This document shows positions 16,528 to 32,586 of a stretch of 64,000 bases of DNA, piece after piece. Where the stretch lies: assembly GCF_009914755.1 (NCBI RefSeq), contig NC_060933.1; one strand, written 5' to 3'. Source of the stretch: the human T2T-CHM13v2.0 reference genome, Homo sapiens. The stretch's first letter is position 1, and every line of letters begins with the position of its first letter. Position numbers and translations under genes: made by a program. The notes under the pieces were generated by a model, which saw only the letters and a program-made list of their open reading frames with translations, was not told the origin of the DNA and ran no database searches.

Positions 16528-16915
16528 TGAAAAATTCTCCCTGGGACCTGAAAGCTTAAGGAAATGAATAACTCCTTCCTCCTCAGGCTCAGTGCCAAGG
16601 CGCAAGGCCACTTGCACCAGCAGTGTGCGTGAGCGGGATAGCAGAAGCAGGAAGAGAGCTGGCCGGAAGACACGTACTCCCTGAAGACTGAGAGAGAGGT
16701 GGTCTGGGTACTATGTAGCAGTCACATTGGACTGGGGCACTTCCTGTTTACAGGAGACTATAAAACCCCTGCCCCATCCTCATTTGGTGCTGACGCCATT
16801 TTAGGCCTCTGCCCGCCTGCACCCAGGAGCTCATTAAAACAGCGTGTTGCTCCATGCCACCTCGTGTTGTCTGCTGGCACGCTCTTGGGGTTCGAACCAA
16901 TACAGGAGCCTCGCA
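16528..16915 (+). mobile_element. Solo LTR (LTR18A-like, class III ERV) nested in ERV-L gag
   Basis: TG...CA, perfect 5-bp TSD cccag (16523-27, 16916-20), TATAAAA near 16758, ATTAAA near 16833; family name from memory. Confidence 0.75.
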
Positions 16916-17532
16916 CCCAGCTTCATCAAGATCTTCCAGTATGTCCCCATCCCAACTTATAGGATGCTATTCTTTCCCAATCAATGCCCTTACTTTAATA
17001 GTAGATACCCTGTGAGGATGGGAGTTCAACTTGCATTGTAATTCAGCCAATCATAGGATAAGGTTCTGCATTTGATTTTTCAGCAATTTCAGCCCTGTGG
17101 CTATAGGAGATGAGGCTGTCTTTGAGGGTATATCTATAGATTCTTAGGTCATTTGTTCAGTGCTTAAACTAGGAATTCAAATATCTGAGCTCATCCTTTT
17201 CTTTCACTACTTTATCCAGCAACATTAGGAGCAATAAACAAATGTCATTATGTTCCCTAATTTAAAAAAAAAAAAGTCTAAAAGTATATAACATATAAAG
17301 TTACTTAGCCCATTACATTCTATAAGTTGTTGATTAGGTATATCCAATGTAGATATTTTGTGTATCTCTATAAGCAGGTTATGTCATGAACTTTCTTTAC
17401 TACTGGAAATAGAGTCACTAATGTCTTTAAATCTAATCAAATTAGGGACCCAATTCCAGAAATCATAGAGCCAATTCAGAAAATTCATCTGTAAAATTCT
17501 ATTCCTCTAGAACCACTCTTGATGCCAAAATC

Positions 17533-18004
17533 TATAGAAGTTAGGGTTTTCCAGAGAGACAGAAACAATAGGAGATATATATATATAAAATAAAATATAA
17601 TTAAACAATAATAAGAATAATTTATTATAGAAATTGGATTTATGGAGATCAATACATCCCACGATTTTATATCTGCAAGCTGGAGAACCAGGGAAGCTGA
17701 TGGTGTAATTCAGTCTGTCTAACAGTCCAAGAACCAGGATTGCTAATGTTGGCAGGAGGAGAAAGGTGTCCCATTTCAAACAGAAACAAAACAAATTTGC
17801 CCTTCATCTGCCTTTTTGTTCTATGTGGGCCCTCAATGAGTGGATGATGTCTGCCTACATTGAAGAGGGTGATCTTGTTTACTCAACCGATTCAACTGCT
17901 AATCTCTTCTGGGAATATTCTGACAGGCACACACAAAAATAATGTTTTGCCAGCTATCTGGGCAACACTTAGCCTGGTCAAGGTGATGCATAAAATTAAC
18001 CACA
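17533..18004 (-). mobile_element. MLT2 LTR (5' LTR of the ERV-L)
   Basis: gttagggttttccagagagacagaaacaatagg...taaaattaaccaca, abutting the ERV-L leader. Confidence 0.85.
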
Positions 18005-20409
18005 ACTCAAATGTCCACCAACTGATAAATGGATAAATGAAATGTAGCCTATCCATACAATGGAATGTTATTCAGCTATTAAAAGGAATAGAGTACTGAT
18101 ATATGCTACAACATGAACAAACCTTGAAACAATGCTAAGTGAAAGAAGCCAGTCACAATCTCTATCTTTCTCTATCATCCGTGGCAATCATTCACTAAGT
18201 CTTCTCAATTCAACCTGTTTTAACATTTCCAAAAAATAACACTTCATATTCAAAATTCATTTGGTTGTGAGCAAAGGAAATTTACTCAGACCAACTTACA
18301 CAGATATCCTTTTAGTAACAACTCCTGAGGTGTGTCTCTTCCTAAATTCCAAGGGTAAGAGAGTGCAGCCGAGTCTCATGAAAGACTGACCTGCTCTTAC
18401 TATGATCATCAATGAACTTCCTATAGTCAAAACTAAAGGACTCTTTTCCATTCTTATCCTACTTGACCACCCCACAGAATTTGATACACTTTATTCTTTC
18501 TTGAATCATGCACACATGCTCTCTCTCTCTCTCTCAGAATGGGAAAAGTTGTTTTACACAAGAAGTTCCAATATAGGGTTTCTCCATGTATACATAATTC
18601 ATTGGTTTAATAATGTCATCCATATTCCTTCCATGTTTTTATTCTACCATCCTCCTTTGGTCAGCTTTGTCCCTCAAAGTATCTCCCTTCACAGTCTCCA
18701 ATAGCTCTGTTTTCTTTTAAATCTTAGGTCTTGCTTCTGGGGTCATTTTTGGGAGTTCCTGTAGCAGCTTGAAGCAGCCAGAATGAACAAAAAGGATCCT
18801 GTCCTCCAAATATTGGGGATCTGTATTTGGATTGCCAATCACTGCTTCTGATCACAGTGGTACAGACAAAGAAGTGAACAGCTATTGTTTCACCTCTACC
18901 CTTTTTGCAAGCCCCTCCCATCCATCTGAGATGACTTCCAGGGGATTCAAAGGACCAGGGCCATTTTTCCCCCTTAATATTTTTGATTCCCTTTTGGGAA
19001 CCAGACGTTAAAGACTAGGACTTTCAGAAACAACTTCATAGAGGGGGAAATTAGAAAGTGACCATGCATACCCAGGGAAAGGCTCAGGCTCAGAAAAGAC
19101 CTGAAAGGACCTTAAGTTTATATATATCAGACATACAACAATAAAAAAGAGTAAACAAAAACAATGACTAAATCTAGCAAACTCTGGAAAAGGAGAAGAA
19201 CTTGATTTCCAGATTTACCACATTTTTAGATTCAAATGTCCAGTTTTCAATGTCAACCAAAAAAAAATCACAAGACATACAAAAAAAAAAAACAAAAACC
19301 AGGAAAGTATGGTCTATTCAAAGAAAAAAATAAATCAACAGAAACCATCCCTGAAAAAGATATGATGTCAGATATACTAGATGAAGACTTTTAAACAGAT
19401 GTCTTAAAGATGCTCAATATTCTAAAGAAAGATGTGAAGAAAGACCAGAAAAAATATATGATACATGAACAAAATGGAAAAATCAATGATGATACAGAAA
19501 AACCTAAAAATAAACCAAAAAGAAAGCAAGGAGTGGAAAAATAAAACCAAGATAAAAAATTCACTACAAGGACTAAAAGACATACTTGAGCATCCAGAAG
19601 ATAAAAATAGTGAAAGGTGAAGATAGAACAATGGAAATCACTGAGTCTGAGGAATAGAAAAAAGGCCGAAGAAAAATAAATAAAACCTAGATAAGCTGTA
19701 GGACACCATCATATACATTTTGGGAGTCTCTGAAGATTAGAGAGAGAGGCGGGTAGAGAGAATATTTTAAGAAATAATGGCTGAAAGCTTCACAAATGTG
19801 ATGACAGACTTGAACATAAACATACAAGAACTCAACAAACTCCAAATAAGAAGAATTTAAAGAGACTCACCCAAAAACACATTATAATCAAACTTTTGAA
19901 AACCAAAGACAAAAACAGAATCTTGAAAGTGGCAAGAGAGAAGCAATTTGTCACTTACAAGAGATCCTCAATTAGAATATCATCAGATTTCTCATCAGAA
20001 ACTTTGGAAAACAGAAGCCAGTGGGTTAATAAATTCAAAGTGCGAAAAGAAAAAGAAACCTGTCAATCAAGAATCTTTTATCTTGCAAAACTCTCCTTCA
20101 AAAGCGAGGAAGCAATTAAAATATTCCCAGATAAACAAAAGCTGAGTGAGTTCACTACTAAACCTGCCGTGCAAGAAATGCTTACGTCTTGCAAGGTGAA
20201 ATGTAAGAACACTAGACAGTAACTCAAAGCTATATGAAGAAATAAAAATCTCAATGAAGGTAAATACATGGACAATTATAGAAGCTAGTATTATTGTAAC
20301 AATGGTTTGTAACTCCATTTTTTGTTTTTTGCATGGTTTGAGATTCATACGTTAAAAACTATTAGTCTAAAAGCTAGTATTATTGTTAACTTTGGCTTGT
20401 AACTCCTAT

Positions 20410-21256
<847 letters not shown>

Positions 21257-21874
21257 TAGATAATTTAAGAGACTAATGTATGTAAATAAATTATTACTTT
21301 ATGTTTTGGGGCATGAAATATAAAAAGATGTAATTTTATGACATTAACAACGGAAAGAGGTGGGGACAGAATTGTAAAGAAACAGAGTTTTGTATGTTAT
21401 TGAAGTTAAACTGGTATAAATTCAAATTAGAGTATTATAACTTTAGGATGTTAAGTGCAATCCCCATTAAACCATAAAGGAAATAGCTAAAGAATGTACA
21501 CAAAAGGAAATGGAAAGAAATTTTAAAATTTCACTGCAAAAAATCAACTAAACATGAAAGAAGACAGTCAATAAATGCAGGAAATGAGAGGCAAATAAGC
21601 TATAAGCCATAAAAAACAAATAGCAAAATGAAAAAAATTAAGTTTCTCCTTATCAGTATATACTTTAAATGCAAATGGATTAAACTCTACCATCAAAAGA
21701 CAGGGATTAGCAGAATGGATACATACATGGTCTGACTATTTACTGTTTACAAAAGACTTACTTTAGATCCAAAGATATAAACAGATTAAAAGTGGAAGCA
21801 TGGAAAAAATATTCCATGCCAATAGTAACCAAAACACAGTAGGAGTGGGTATAATAATATCAGACAAAATAGAC

Positions 21875-22165
<291 letters not shown>

Positions 22166-22862
22166 GAAATAAACTTACAGGGCTATAGTGGACAAAGAAG
22201 GACATTATATATTAATAAAAGACCCAACACAGCAAGAAGATATTCAATTATAAACATTTACCCATCTAAGGACAGACCATCAAAACACATAAAGCAAAAG
22301 CTTACAGAATGAAAGGGAAAAAGAGATAGTTCTATAACAATAGTTGGAGACTTCAATACCCAACTCGCAATAATGGTGAGAACAACCAGACAGAAAATAA
22401 GCAAGGAAACAGAAGACTTAAACAATGCAATAAACCAACCAGACTAACAGGTATATACACAATCCTCTCTCCAACAACTACAGTATACAAACTTTCTCAA
22501 GTGCACATGGGACATTTTGCAGGATACATCATATGTTAGGCCACAAATTAAGTCTCAATAGATTTTTAAAAGATGGATATCATACAAAGTATCTTCTCTG
22601 ACCAAATGACATAAAGTTAGAAATCAATAACCGAAGTGAAATGGAGAATGTATAAATTTGTGGAAATTAAACAACAAACTCTTAAACAACCAAAGTAAAA
22701 ATCACAGGGGAAATTAGAAAATACTTATAGACAAATAAAAATGAAAACACAACATGCTAAATCTTATGGGACAAAGCAAAAGTAGTCTGTGGGTGGAAAT
22801 TTATAGCTATACCTGTTTACATTAAAAAACAAGAAAAATGTCAAATCAACATCCTAACTTTA

Positions 22863-23215
<353 letters not shown>

Positions 23216-25511
23216 CTAAACTCAAAGGTAGCAGAAAGAAGGAAATAATAAATATTAGAGCAGAGGTAACAAAATAAAGAATAGAAATAAAGAGAAAAAT
23301 CAACAAAACCAAGAGTTAGTTCTGTGACGAGATTAAGAAAATTGACAAATGTTTAGTTAGTTGTATTAAGAAAAAAAGAGAGAACACTCAAATTACTAAA
23401 ATCAGAAACAAAAGTGGGGATATTACTGCTAATTCTACAGAAATAGGAAGGATTATAAGAGAGTACTATGAACAATTGGGTATTGACAAATTGGATAACC
23501 TAGATGAAATGGACAAATTCCTTGAAACAGAAAGCCTACCAAGACTAAATCAAGGAGAAATAAATAATCTGAATAGACCTATGACTAGTAAAAAGATTTA
23601 ATTAGTAATGAAAAATCTTCTGACAAGGAAAAGCCCTGAACCTGATGACTTTGCTGATGAATTCCACCAAACATTTAGAGAAGAATACCAATCCTTCTCA
23701 AACTATCCCCCAAAAATTGTGGAGGGAACCCTTCCTAACTCATTCTATAAGGCCAGCATTACTCTGATACCAAAGCCAGTCAAAGACACTACAAGAAAAG
23801 AACATTATGTCATAAAATTCATTTTGCTGATATTTTGTCAAGGATTTAAAAAACCCTTTTAATATTTTGACTATTTAATGTCAATGTTAACCCTTTTAAC
23901 ATTATGACTATTAATGGAAAAATCCTTGACAAAATATTAACAAAACTGATTCAGCACCATATTAACAGGACTAAATACCATATACACCATTACCAAGTGG
24001 TATTTATTCCTGTAATGCAAGGATGATTCAACATATGAAAACGGATTAACAAAATATACCACATTACACAGTGAATAGAAACAACCACGTGATCATCTCA
24101 ATTGATACAGAAAAAGCATATGATAAAATTCTATACCCTTTTATGATAAAAACACTCAACAAACTAGGAATAGAAGGGAAGTTCCTCAACATGATAAAGG
24201 GCATTTATAAAATTTTCATGGCAGCTTTCCACTCAATGGTGAAAGACTGAAAGCTTTTCTTCCAAGATCAGGAACAAGGAAAGATGTCTGCTTTGTCTGC
24301 TTCTATTCAACATAGTACTAGAAGTTCTAGCCAGAGAAATAAGGAAAGTAGAAGAGATAAAAGGTATCCAAATCGGAAAGAAAGAAGTAAAATTCTCTCT
24401 GTTTGTAGATGATATAATTTTATATGTAGAAAACCCTAAAGATTCTACAAAAAACTGTTGGAACTAATAAATAAATTCAACGAAGTAGCAGGATACAAAA
24501 TCGACACACAAAAATTAGTTTTATTTCTATACACTAAAAATGAACAATATGAAAAAGAAATTATTAAAATTCTGTTTGTAATAGCATCAAAATGAATAAA
24601 ATACTTAGGAATTAACTAAATAAGTAAAAGACTTGAACAATAAAACCGACAAAACATTGCTGAAAGAAATTAAGACATAAAGAAATTGAAACAAATTTCA
24701 TGTTTGTGCATTAGAAGAAAATATTGTTAAAATGTCAATACTACAGAAAGAGATCTTCAGATTCAGTGCAACCCCTAGCAAAATCTCAATGATTTTTATT
24801 TTTTATTTTGCAGAAAAACCCATCCTAAAATTCATATGAAATTTCAAGGGATCCTGAATAACCAAAAACAATCTCAAGAAAGAAGAAAGCTAGAAGACTC
24901 ACACTTCCTAATTTCAAAATTTACTACAAAGTGACAGTCATTGAAACAGTATGGTACTGGCATAAAGGCAGTGCCATAAAGGCATAAAGTCAGACATACA
25001 AATCAAATAAATAGGATTGGGAGCCCAAAAATAAACCCTCGCATGTATGGTCAAATAATTTTTGAAAAGGAAGCCAAGACCATTCAATGGGGGAAAGAAC
25101 AGCCTTTTCAACAAATGGTGGTGGAAAAACTAGATATCCACATATCAAAGAATAAAGTTGAAACCTTACCTAATTATATACAAAAATTAACTCAAAATGG
25201 ATTAAAGACCTAAATGTAAAACTTAAAACAATAAAACCCTTAGAAGAAAACATAGGGAAAAATTTCACAACATTGGACTTGGCAATGATTTCTTGGCTAT
25301 GACAGCAAAAACACAGGCAATAACAACAAAAAAATAGATTGGTCTTCATAAAAATTTGTGCTTGAAAAACTACTATCACCATCTGCTGCATAATCCACCT
25401 CTAATTGGCTTGTGAGTTTCTTTTCTTACACATGAAATTCTTGCATTATTTGAAATGGTTTCAGAGCAATTTATTCAGCACGTATCCCACCCTCCTGCCC
25501 CCCGCCCTTTC

Positions 25512-25833
25512 CTTAGAGACAGGGTCTCACTCTGTCCCTCAGGCTGGAGTGCAGTGGTACAATCATGGCTTGCTACAGCCTAAAATTCTTGGGCTCAAGT
25601 GATCCTCCTGCCTCAGCCTCCTGAGTAGCTAAGACGACAGGCTCATACTTCCATGCACAGCTAGCTTCCTTCCTTCCTTCCTTCCTTCCTTTTTTTTATT
25701 TTTTAATTTTTTTTGTAGAGACAGTTTCTCGCTCTGTTGCCCAGACTGGTCTCAAATTCCTGGTCTCAAGCAATCCTCCCGCCTTGGCCTCCCAAAGTGC
25801 TGAGATTACAGGCATGAGGCACCGTATTTGGCC
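25512..25833 (-). mobile_element. Alu (AluJ-like) with (TTCC)n in the linker
   Basis: Dimeric Alu reverse complement. Confidence 0.88.
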
Positions 25834-27264
25834 TTTTTTTTTCTCATTAATTTGTTCATTGATTCTTGTTCATACAGTCTTTTTACTTCCTTAGGTTACA
25901 ATCCATTTATACCCAGCTGAGAAAGTGTCTGTTTCTCATCTTATTTTTTCCAAATATTTTATAGTAATCTTACTTGTTAATTTCCCAGGTGAAATATAAC
26001 CAGGAAAATTTTGTCCATTTCTAAATTCTGATTGTGTTAAATTCTTCTAGAATTTCATCTGGAAGTGGGGTAAACTATGAATTACTCAATTACTCAGAGA
26101 GGAATTGAAGTTTTTAAAAAGAGCTTCAAGAACACATATTTTTATATATTTACTCAAATCTTCTTTTATATTTTGTATACATCTCACACATTTATTTTTA
26201 GGGGTATTCGGTGTGTTTTTTAATTGCTATTGTGGCTGGAATATTTTTTTGCCATCACACCTTTTAACAGGTTGTATAGAAACAAGTTAAACAGTAAGTA
26301 AAAAAAAAAAAAAAAAAAAGGCAACAGCATGAGAGAAAATAACCTGCAAATTATATATCTGATAAGAGATTAATATCCAGAATACATGGCAAACTCCTAA
26401 AACTCAAAAACAAACAAATGAATAAAAAACACAATTCAAAAATGGGCAAAGGAGTTCAATAGACATTTTCCCAAAAGAAATATAAATGAAAAGGTGCTAA
26501 ACATAACTAATCATTAGAAAAATGCACATCAAAACTCCAATGAAATACCACTTTACACTCATTAGGATGGTTACTATCTAAAACAAAACTAAACAAAAGT
26601 AAAGGTTAGCAAAGGTGTGCAGAAATTGGAACACTTGTACACTGTTGGTGGAAATGTAAAATTATACAACCACTGTGGAAAACAGCATGCAGTTTTTCAA
26701 AGTTAAAAATAGAATAAAAAATAGAATTACCATATGAACCATCAATTTCACTTTTGGGTTTACACCCAAATGAATTGAAAGTTGTATCTCGAAGATTTAT
26801 TTGTACACTTGTGTTCATAGAAGCATTATTTACAATAGCTAAAACACAGAAGCAATCCAATATCCATCGACAAATGACTGGATAAGTAAAATGTGGCATA
26901 TCCATACAACAGAATATTATTTCAGCCTTAAAAAAGAAGGAAATTCTGCAATATGCAACAACATGGATGAACTTTAAGGACATTATACTAAGTGAAACAA
27001 GCCAGTCACAAAAAAAGACAAACACTGAATGATTCCACTTATATGAGGTACTTAAGAGCAGTCAAAATCATAGAAACAAAGCAGAATAGTGGTTTCCAGG
27101 AGCTGGGGGCAAGAGAAAATAGGGAGTTATTGTTTGTTTAATGGGTATAGAGTTTTTATTTTACAAGATGAAAAGAGTTATGGAGATGGATGGTGGTGAT
27201 CACTGCACAAAATTATGAATGTATTTAATACCACTGAACTGTATACTTAAAAATGGTAAGATGA

Positions 27265-27565
<301 letters not shown>

Positions 27566-29239
27566 CAAAGGGTAAGGTGATAAATGTTATGTATATTTTA
27601 TCATCATAAAAAACTGGAAAAAATACATAATCTGCCTTATTTCATTTATTTCTATGTAATCTCTCTTTTCATTATCAATGCTTTAAATATATCTTTATCT
27701 TTGGTATTATGCAGTGTCTAGTCATGAATCGCTTTATTCTGATGTATCTAATCATGAGTTGCTTTTTAAAAAAAAAAACCCTAAATGGTATACAATATGC
27801 TTCCTCAGCATGTGGACTCATGTATTTCATCAATTCTAAAAGTTCTCAGCCATTATCTCATTAAATTTGTCCCTCCTTCATTTTCTTTAGTCCTTTCTTC
27901 TAGGGCTCCAATTATACATATATTAGCTCTTCTCATACTATCTTCTAAATTATAAACTTCTTTTTCATATTTTTATCTCTTCTCTTCTCCTCTCCTCTCT
28001 TTTCCTCCACTTGCCCTTTCCTGAATTCTAGGCATTTTATCCTGTTCTGCTTCCAGTTAATCAGTTCTCTAATCACCTAAACCACTGTTAACTTGTCCAT
28101 TAATTTAAGAAATTTCTACAATTATACTTTCATTTCTAGAAGTTTTCATTGTTTGTATTAAAAATAGTCATTTATTATAGTCTACATACTCATCTTTTGT
28201 GAAGTATGCTTTATTTCTTTAAATATTTATACATAACTTTCTTACATTATGTATTTGAAAATGCCCATATCTGTAGTTCTTAAAGCTCTAAATCTATCAT
28301 TTGTTGCTGCTGCTGACTCTTCCTCATGGTGGCTTACCTCCATGCATGCCTAGTGACCTTTGATTCTCTTGACCATCTCTTTCCCATTAACTTATAAGAA
28401 GAAACAAAGCCCTGGGAGAATATTTGGAAATTAAAGGAGTGCTCCCATTCTATTTCTGTCTTTGTTTCTGTATCTGTCTCTCTGTCTTCCTGTCTGTCTT
28501 TTTCTCTCCCCTCGACCTCTTCTCAGTTCACAGGTTCTTTCATCTCTGTTTCTCTCTCTATGTCATTTACATTCTCTTTCCTTTTTCTGAGGCCATGCAG
28601 TTCTCTACTTCTTTTTACGTTTTATAGAAGATGGCTGTCCCACAGTTTATATAATCCTCAGTTTCAGTCACACACGGGGACTAACTGACTGAGAAATAGA
28701 ACCTGACTGATCCATCTCAGGCAAATGTACCCCCTGATCCAATCAGCTGTAACTACAGGTCAGGAACACATAGCACAAAGATGGCTGTGGACTTCCCAGC
28801 CCTGAGGAAGAGAGGACCAATTCTCAGACAGGAATAACTGAGCAAAAATATGTCTTCCAAACACCCTGTCCTCTCAATCCCTGTTGTTGTTTCTGCCTTC
28901 ATTCATCATTTCACTATGAATGGCTGCAAACATTTCCTGACAACTTGCCTTTCTTCCAGCCTTTTCTTCTCAATCCACTCTCTACCAGAGTGATCTTTGT
29001 ACAATGAAAATCGCATCATGTTACTTTCCTAATGAAAACCCTTCAAGAATTCTCTATAACCTCTATGACAAATTCCAGACTTCTTAGGTTGGCTGGAAGA
29101 AGTAATTTACTAATTTGAGTCCTAACGCCTAATCTTTTTCTTTACCATAATCCTTCCACCCTAACTCCAGACATTCCAAAGAATATTTTGCTTCCCAAAA
29201 TTTCCTGAGTCTCTCATTCCTCTCTGCTTTCACTCATGA

Positions 29240-29698
<459 letters not shown>

Positions 29699-30312
29699 AT
29701 CATCCCCATTCTTATAAGCCATACAGTACCTTTCACACTCTAACCCAGTGATTTGTTTGCCTGCCTGCTCCAGTCGTCATTGAACTATTAGCATTTTTAA
29801 GGTAGGAACTGTGTCTTATTATCTTCATATTTCCATTTCCTAACACAGAACCTGGTACATACAGTGTTCAAAGAAATGCTTGTTGAATAGATGAATAATT
29901 CCTTCTTCCTGTGCTTCTGTGGATGTTTCAAATCAAAGGATCTCATAGCCCTTGGACTCATATTCTGAAAGAAAGAGCTAACATAGAATGCCACCTCTAA
30001 ATTTTTTCTAGAAATATACATATTGTATCTTTTTCAAATTGCCAATGTTAATTCCCTCTGACCATGGAGGATATCTGTGAGTGGACTAGAAATTAAGTTT
30101 TCTAAAGCTCTCAATGAAAGACCCCAAGCCAAATAGAGAACCAGTGGCATTTTCAATCTAAAATAATTTAAAACCTTCAACATAGGTGTCACTGAACTAA
30201 AGCTAAGTGAGGAGAGCTTAAATTCCAGCCCACTAGGTAAAATGGCATTTGAATAATCAAATTCCAGGAAGGGCGCCAGTTCAGGGCTCAGCACACATCT
30301 GAGGGCCTCAAC

Positions 30313-30347
30313 TGTGTGTGTGTGTGTGCACACGCGCGTGTGTGTGT
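30313..30347. repeat. (TG)n/(CG)n microsatellite
   Basis: Alternating purine-pyrimidine run. Confidence 0.85.
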
Positions 30348-30629
30348 AATCTCCACATTTCCTAATAAGATCTTTTAAGTGAAAATTACTGACTGTAATT
30401 TTTTCAAAATACAGAAGTAATTTTTAATAAAATAAACAAAAAAACAAAGTTAACTTTATGTGTACTCAGCACACACATACACAAACACAGCTTTATTCAA
30501 CATCTTATTCAATTGTGTAAGCTGCATTCCTCACTCAACATATTTCTGTGTTAATCAAGTTTTTATGACTCCATTATATTCCACATTATGGATGTATCAT
30601 AATTCATTTATCCAATTCTCTATTAATAG

Positions 30630-31090
30630 AGAATAGTGCTTACTATGAGTCCTAGACATCTTATATATACAAACCTGCTTATTATTCACAACAATCCTAT
30701 GAAGTAGGTACTATTATTATCCACATTTTGTATATAGGAAAATTAAGGCACAGAGAACTTAAGTAACTTGCCCAAGGTCAGATACTTTATACATGGTAGA
30801 GGTAGGCTCCAGAGTCTGCTTTTGATGATTATGCAATATTATTTCTCTGAAACTGGGGTTAAATTGATTAGTAGCTGGTTGTGAGCAAGGATAAGTAGGA
30901 AGGTTACATTTTGCTGAGACTTTGTGTTAAATATGGCTAAGAGCACATGTTCTAAGTCAGGCTGTCTGGCTTCAGATCCCACCTTTGCTACTTATCAGCC
31001 CTGTAGCTTTGGGTTATTTGATTCACTTCCTATATCTCACTTTTCTCATCTGTGAAACAGGGTTAATAACAGTGCCTACTTCAGATAATG
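30630..31090. mobile_element. Two MIR remnants in opposite orientation
   Basis: MIR cores near 30700-30780 (-) and 31020-31080 (+). Confidence 0.7.
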
Positions 31091-31199
31091 CTATTAGCGC
31101 CAACTATTAAATACTTAAGCCTTCAGATAGATGATAACTTTTATTAGAACACCTTGATTCACCATGGGGCAATTTTCCTGAATTGTAGAATGACTCCCA

Positions 31200-31200
<1 letters not shown>

Positions 31201-31233
<33 letters not shown>

Positions 31234-31242
31234 AGAAAAAAA
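31201..31242. repeat. Poly(A) tract (A32 plus A-rich extension)
   Basis: Seen directly. Confidence 0.95.
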
Positions 31243-31804
31243 CTGCCTTTTTAAAACTCACTTAGCCTTCCAAGTCCAATCTTAGGAGATAAGAGAACTA
31301 GCCCTAACTAGAAATAATGGAAAACAGAAAGAAACATATCTGCAAATCAGTGGTGCTATATTACATATAGTGGGGAGGAAATGGTTCCATAATGCCCAAA
31401 AAGGTACCTGAACTGAAGTCACTATCCTTAAAGTTGAGTCTTTGACATTGTGCATTTTCTCCTGATGTCAAGAGGGCTGGCTCAGGTTCCAGAGAAATCT
31501 AGACAATGGTGGAGTGGAAATGACAAGGCAGCTTTCCCAAGACAGAAAAGCATGTGAAAAAGTGAGCATTAACCCTTTTTCCCCACTAGCTTTTAAATTT
31601 GTTAATTTTTGGCATCCTTAAAGTCTCACTTCCCTAAAGCACAGCCTTAATTACCCTGCCTTAGCTGTGATTCAATAATAAAGAAGAGTTATTGAGTGCA
31701 TGAAATAAGCTAGCACCTACACTTGACATTTATTATCTCATTAACTTACCGCAACCCAGTGAGGTGGAAGGAGCCAATGTATGCCAGAGGTTTTGTGTGT
31801 GCGG

Positions 31805-31925
31805 TTTTTTGTTTTGTTTTGTTTTGTTTTTAAGAGACAGGTCTCTCTATGTTGACCATGCTGGCACTCCTCCTACCTTAGCCTCCCAAGTAGCTAGAAC
31901 TACAGGTGCATGCCACTACCCCCCA
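31805..31925 (-). mobile_element. Deleted Alu monomer (FLAM-like) with (TTTTG)n tail
   Basis: gagacaggtctctctatgttg...gcctcccaagtagctagaactacagg. Confidence 0.75.
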
Positions 31926-32502
31926 CAGAAAAAGTTTTAAATGGCATGCCCAAGTTGACTTAGGTAACAAATGACAGAGCCAGAATGAATCCAGGAAGCC
32001 CACACACTTAATGGCACAGTTTTACATGGCACAGCTTCTCCGTGTGGTAATGGTCAACCAGTTAGAAATGTTAAAGATGGAAGGAGCCTTAGGAATTCCC
32101 TAATCCAAAGTTTCCCAAAGTGCAATATATATCCCTATCTAGTATAAGAGGTGACTTTAAGGGGTGTAGAGATAAACATTTTAAAAGTAATATGTATGTT
32201 TTTATATTAACATATAGTAGAAAATATAGCTAACATATCAAAACTGTGATTTCAGTCACAATGTATTAATATGTGTAAAGTGTTGGTATATCATAAGTGT
32301 TGTGTAAGTGTTTGCTATGATGACCTAGATCATTATGATGAGACTAATTTTTTAAGAGTCAATCTTGAAAATAATAATAGTAAAAGCAGTACACAGAAAT
32401 AGCAAAAGTCATAAAATTGATTCTTAAGTTACTAAAGTTTGAAAATACTAAACTCTTCCAACTTCTTTGTAACAGCACAAGCTTTGAATTACTGTTCGGA
32501 AT

Positions 32503-32586
32503 TATTAGGTTGAGCCATATTAAATTGCCATTTGTATAGCATCAGTATGGTCAAGTACTGGAAATGCCGTTTGGCTCAACCTAATA
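32503..32586. mobile_element. MADE2-like mariner MITE
   Basis: Terminal inverted repeats tattaggttgagcca / tggctcaacctaata, ~84 bp. Confidence 0.8.

Larger units (their letters stand above)
12210..17532 (-). mobile_element. ERV-L (HERV-L/ERVL-B4-like) internal region with gag-pol remnants, 3'-truncated
   Basis: Minus-strand peptides TPIAAAVPDVVSLLQQIN...IDLADSFFFIPVHK and WEINP...VKFLGV (RT); leader gattttggcatcaagagtggttc next to the LTR. Confidence 0.9.

Noticed and set aside
20282-20406. Repeated aagctagtattattgt...tgtaactcc
   Set aside because: Most likely an intrinsic repeat of the old L1 inter-ORF region.
31201-31242. Free poly(A) as a severely truncated retro-insertion
   Set aside because: No TSD or element body is visible; treated as a simple repeat.
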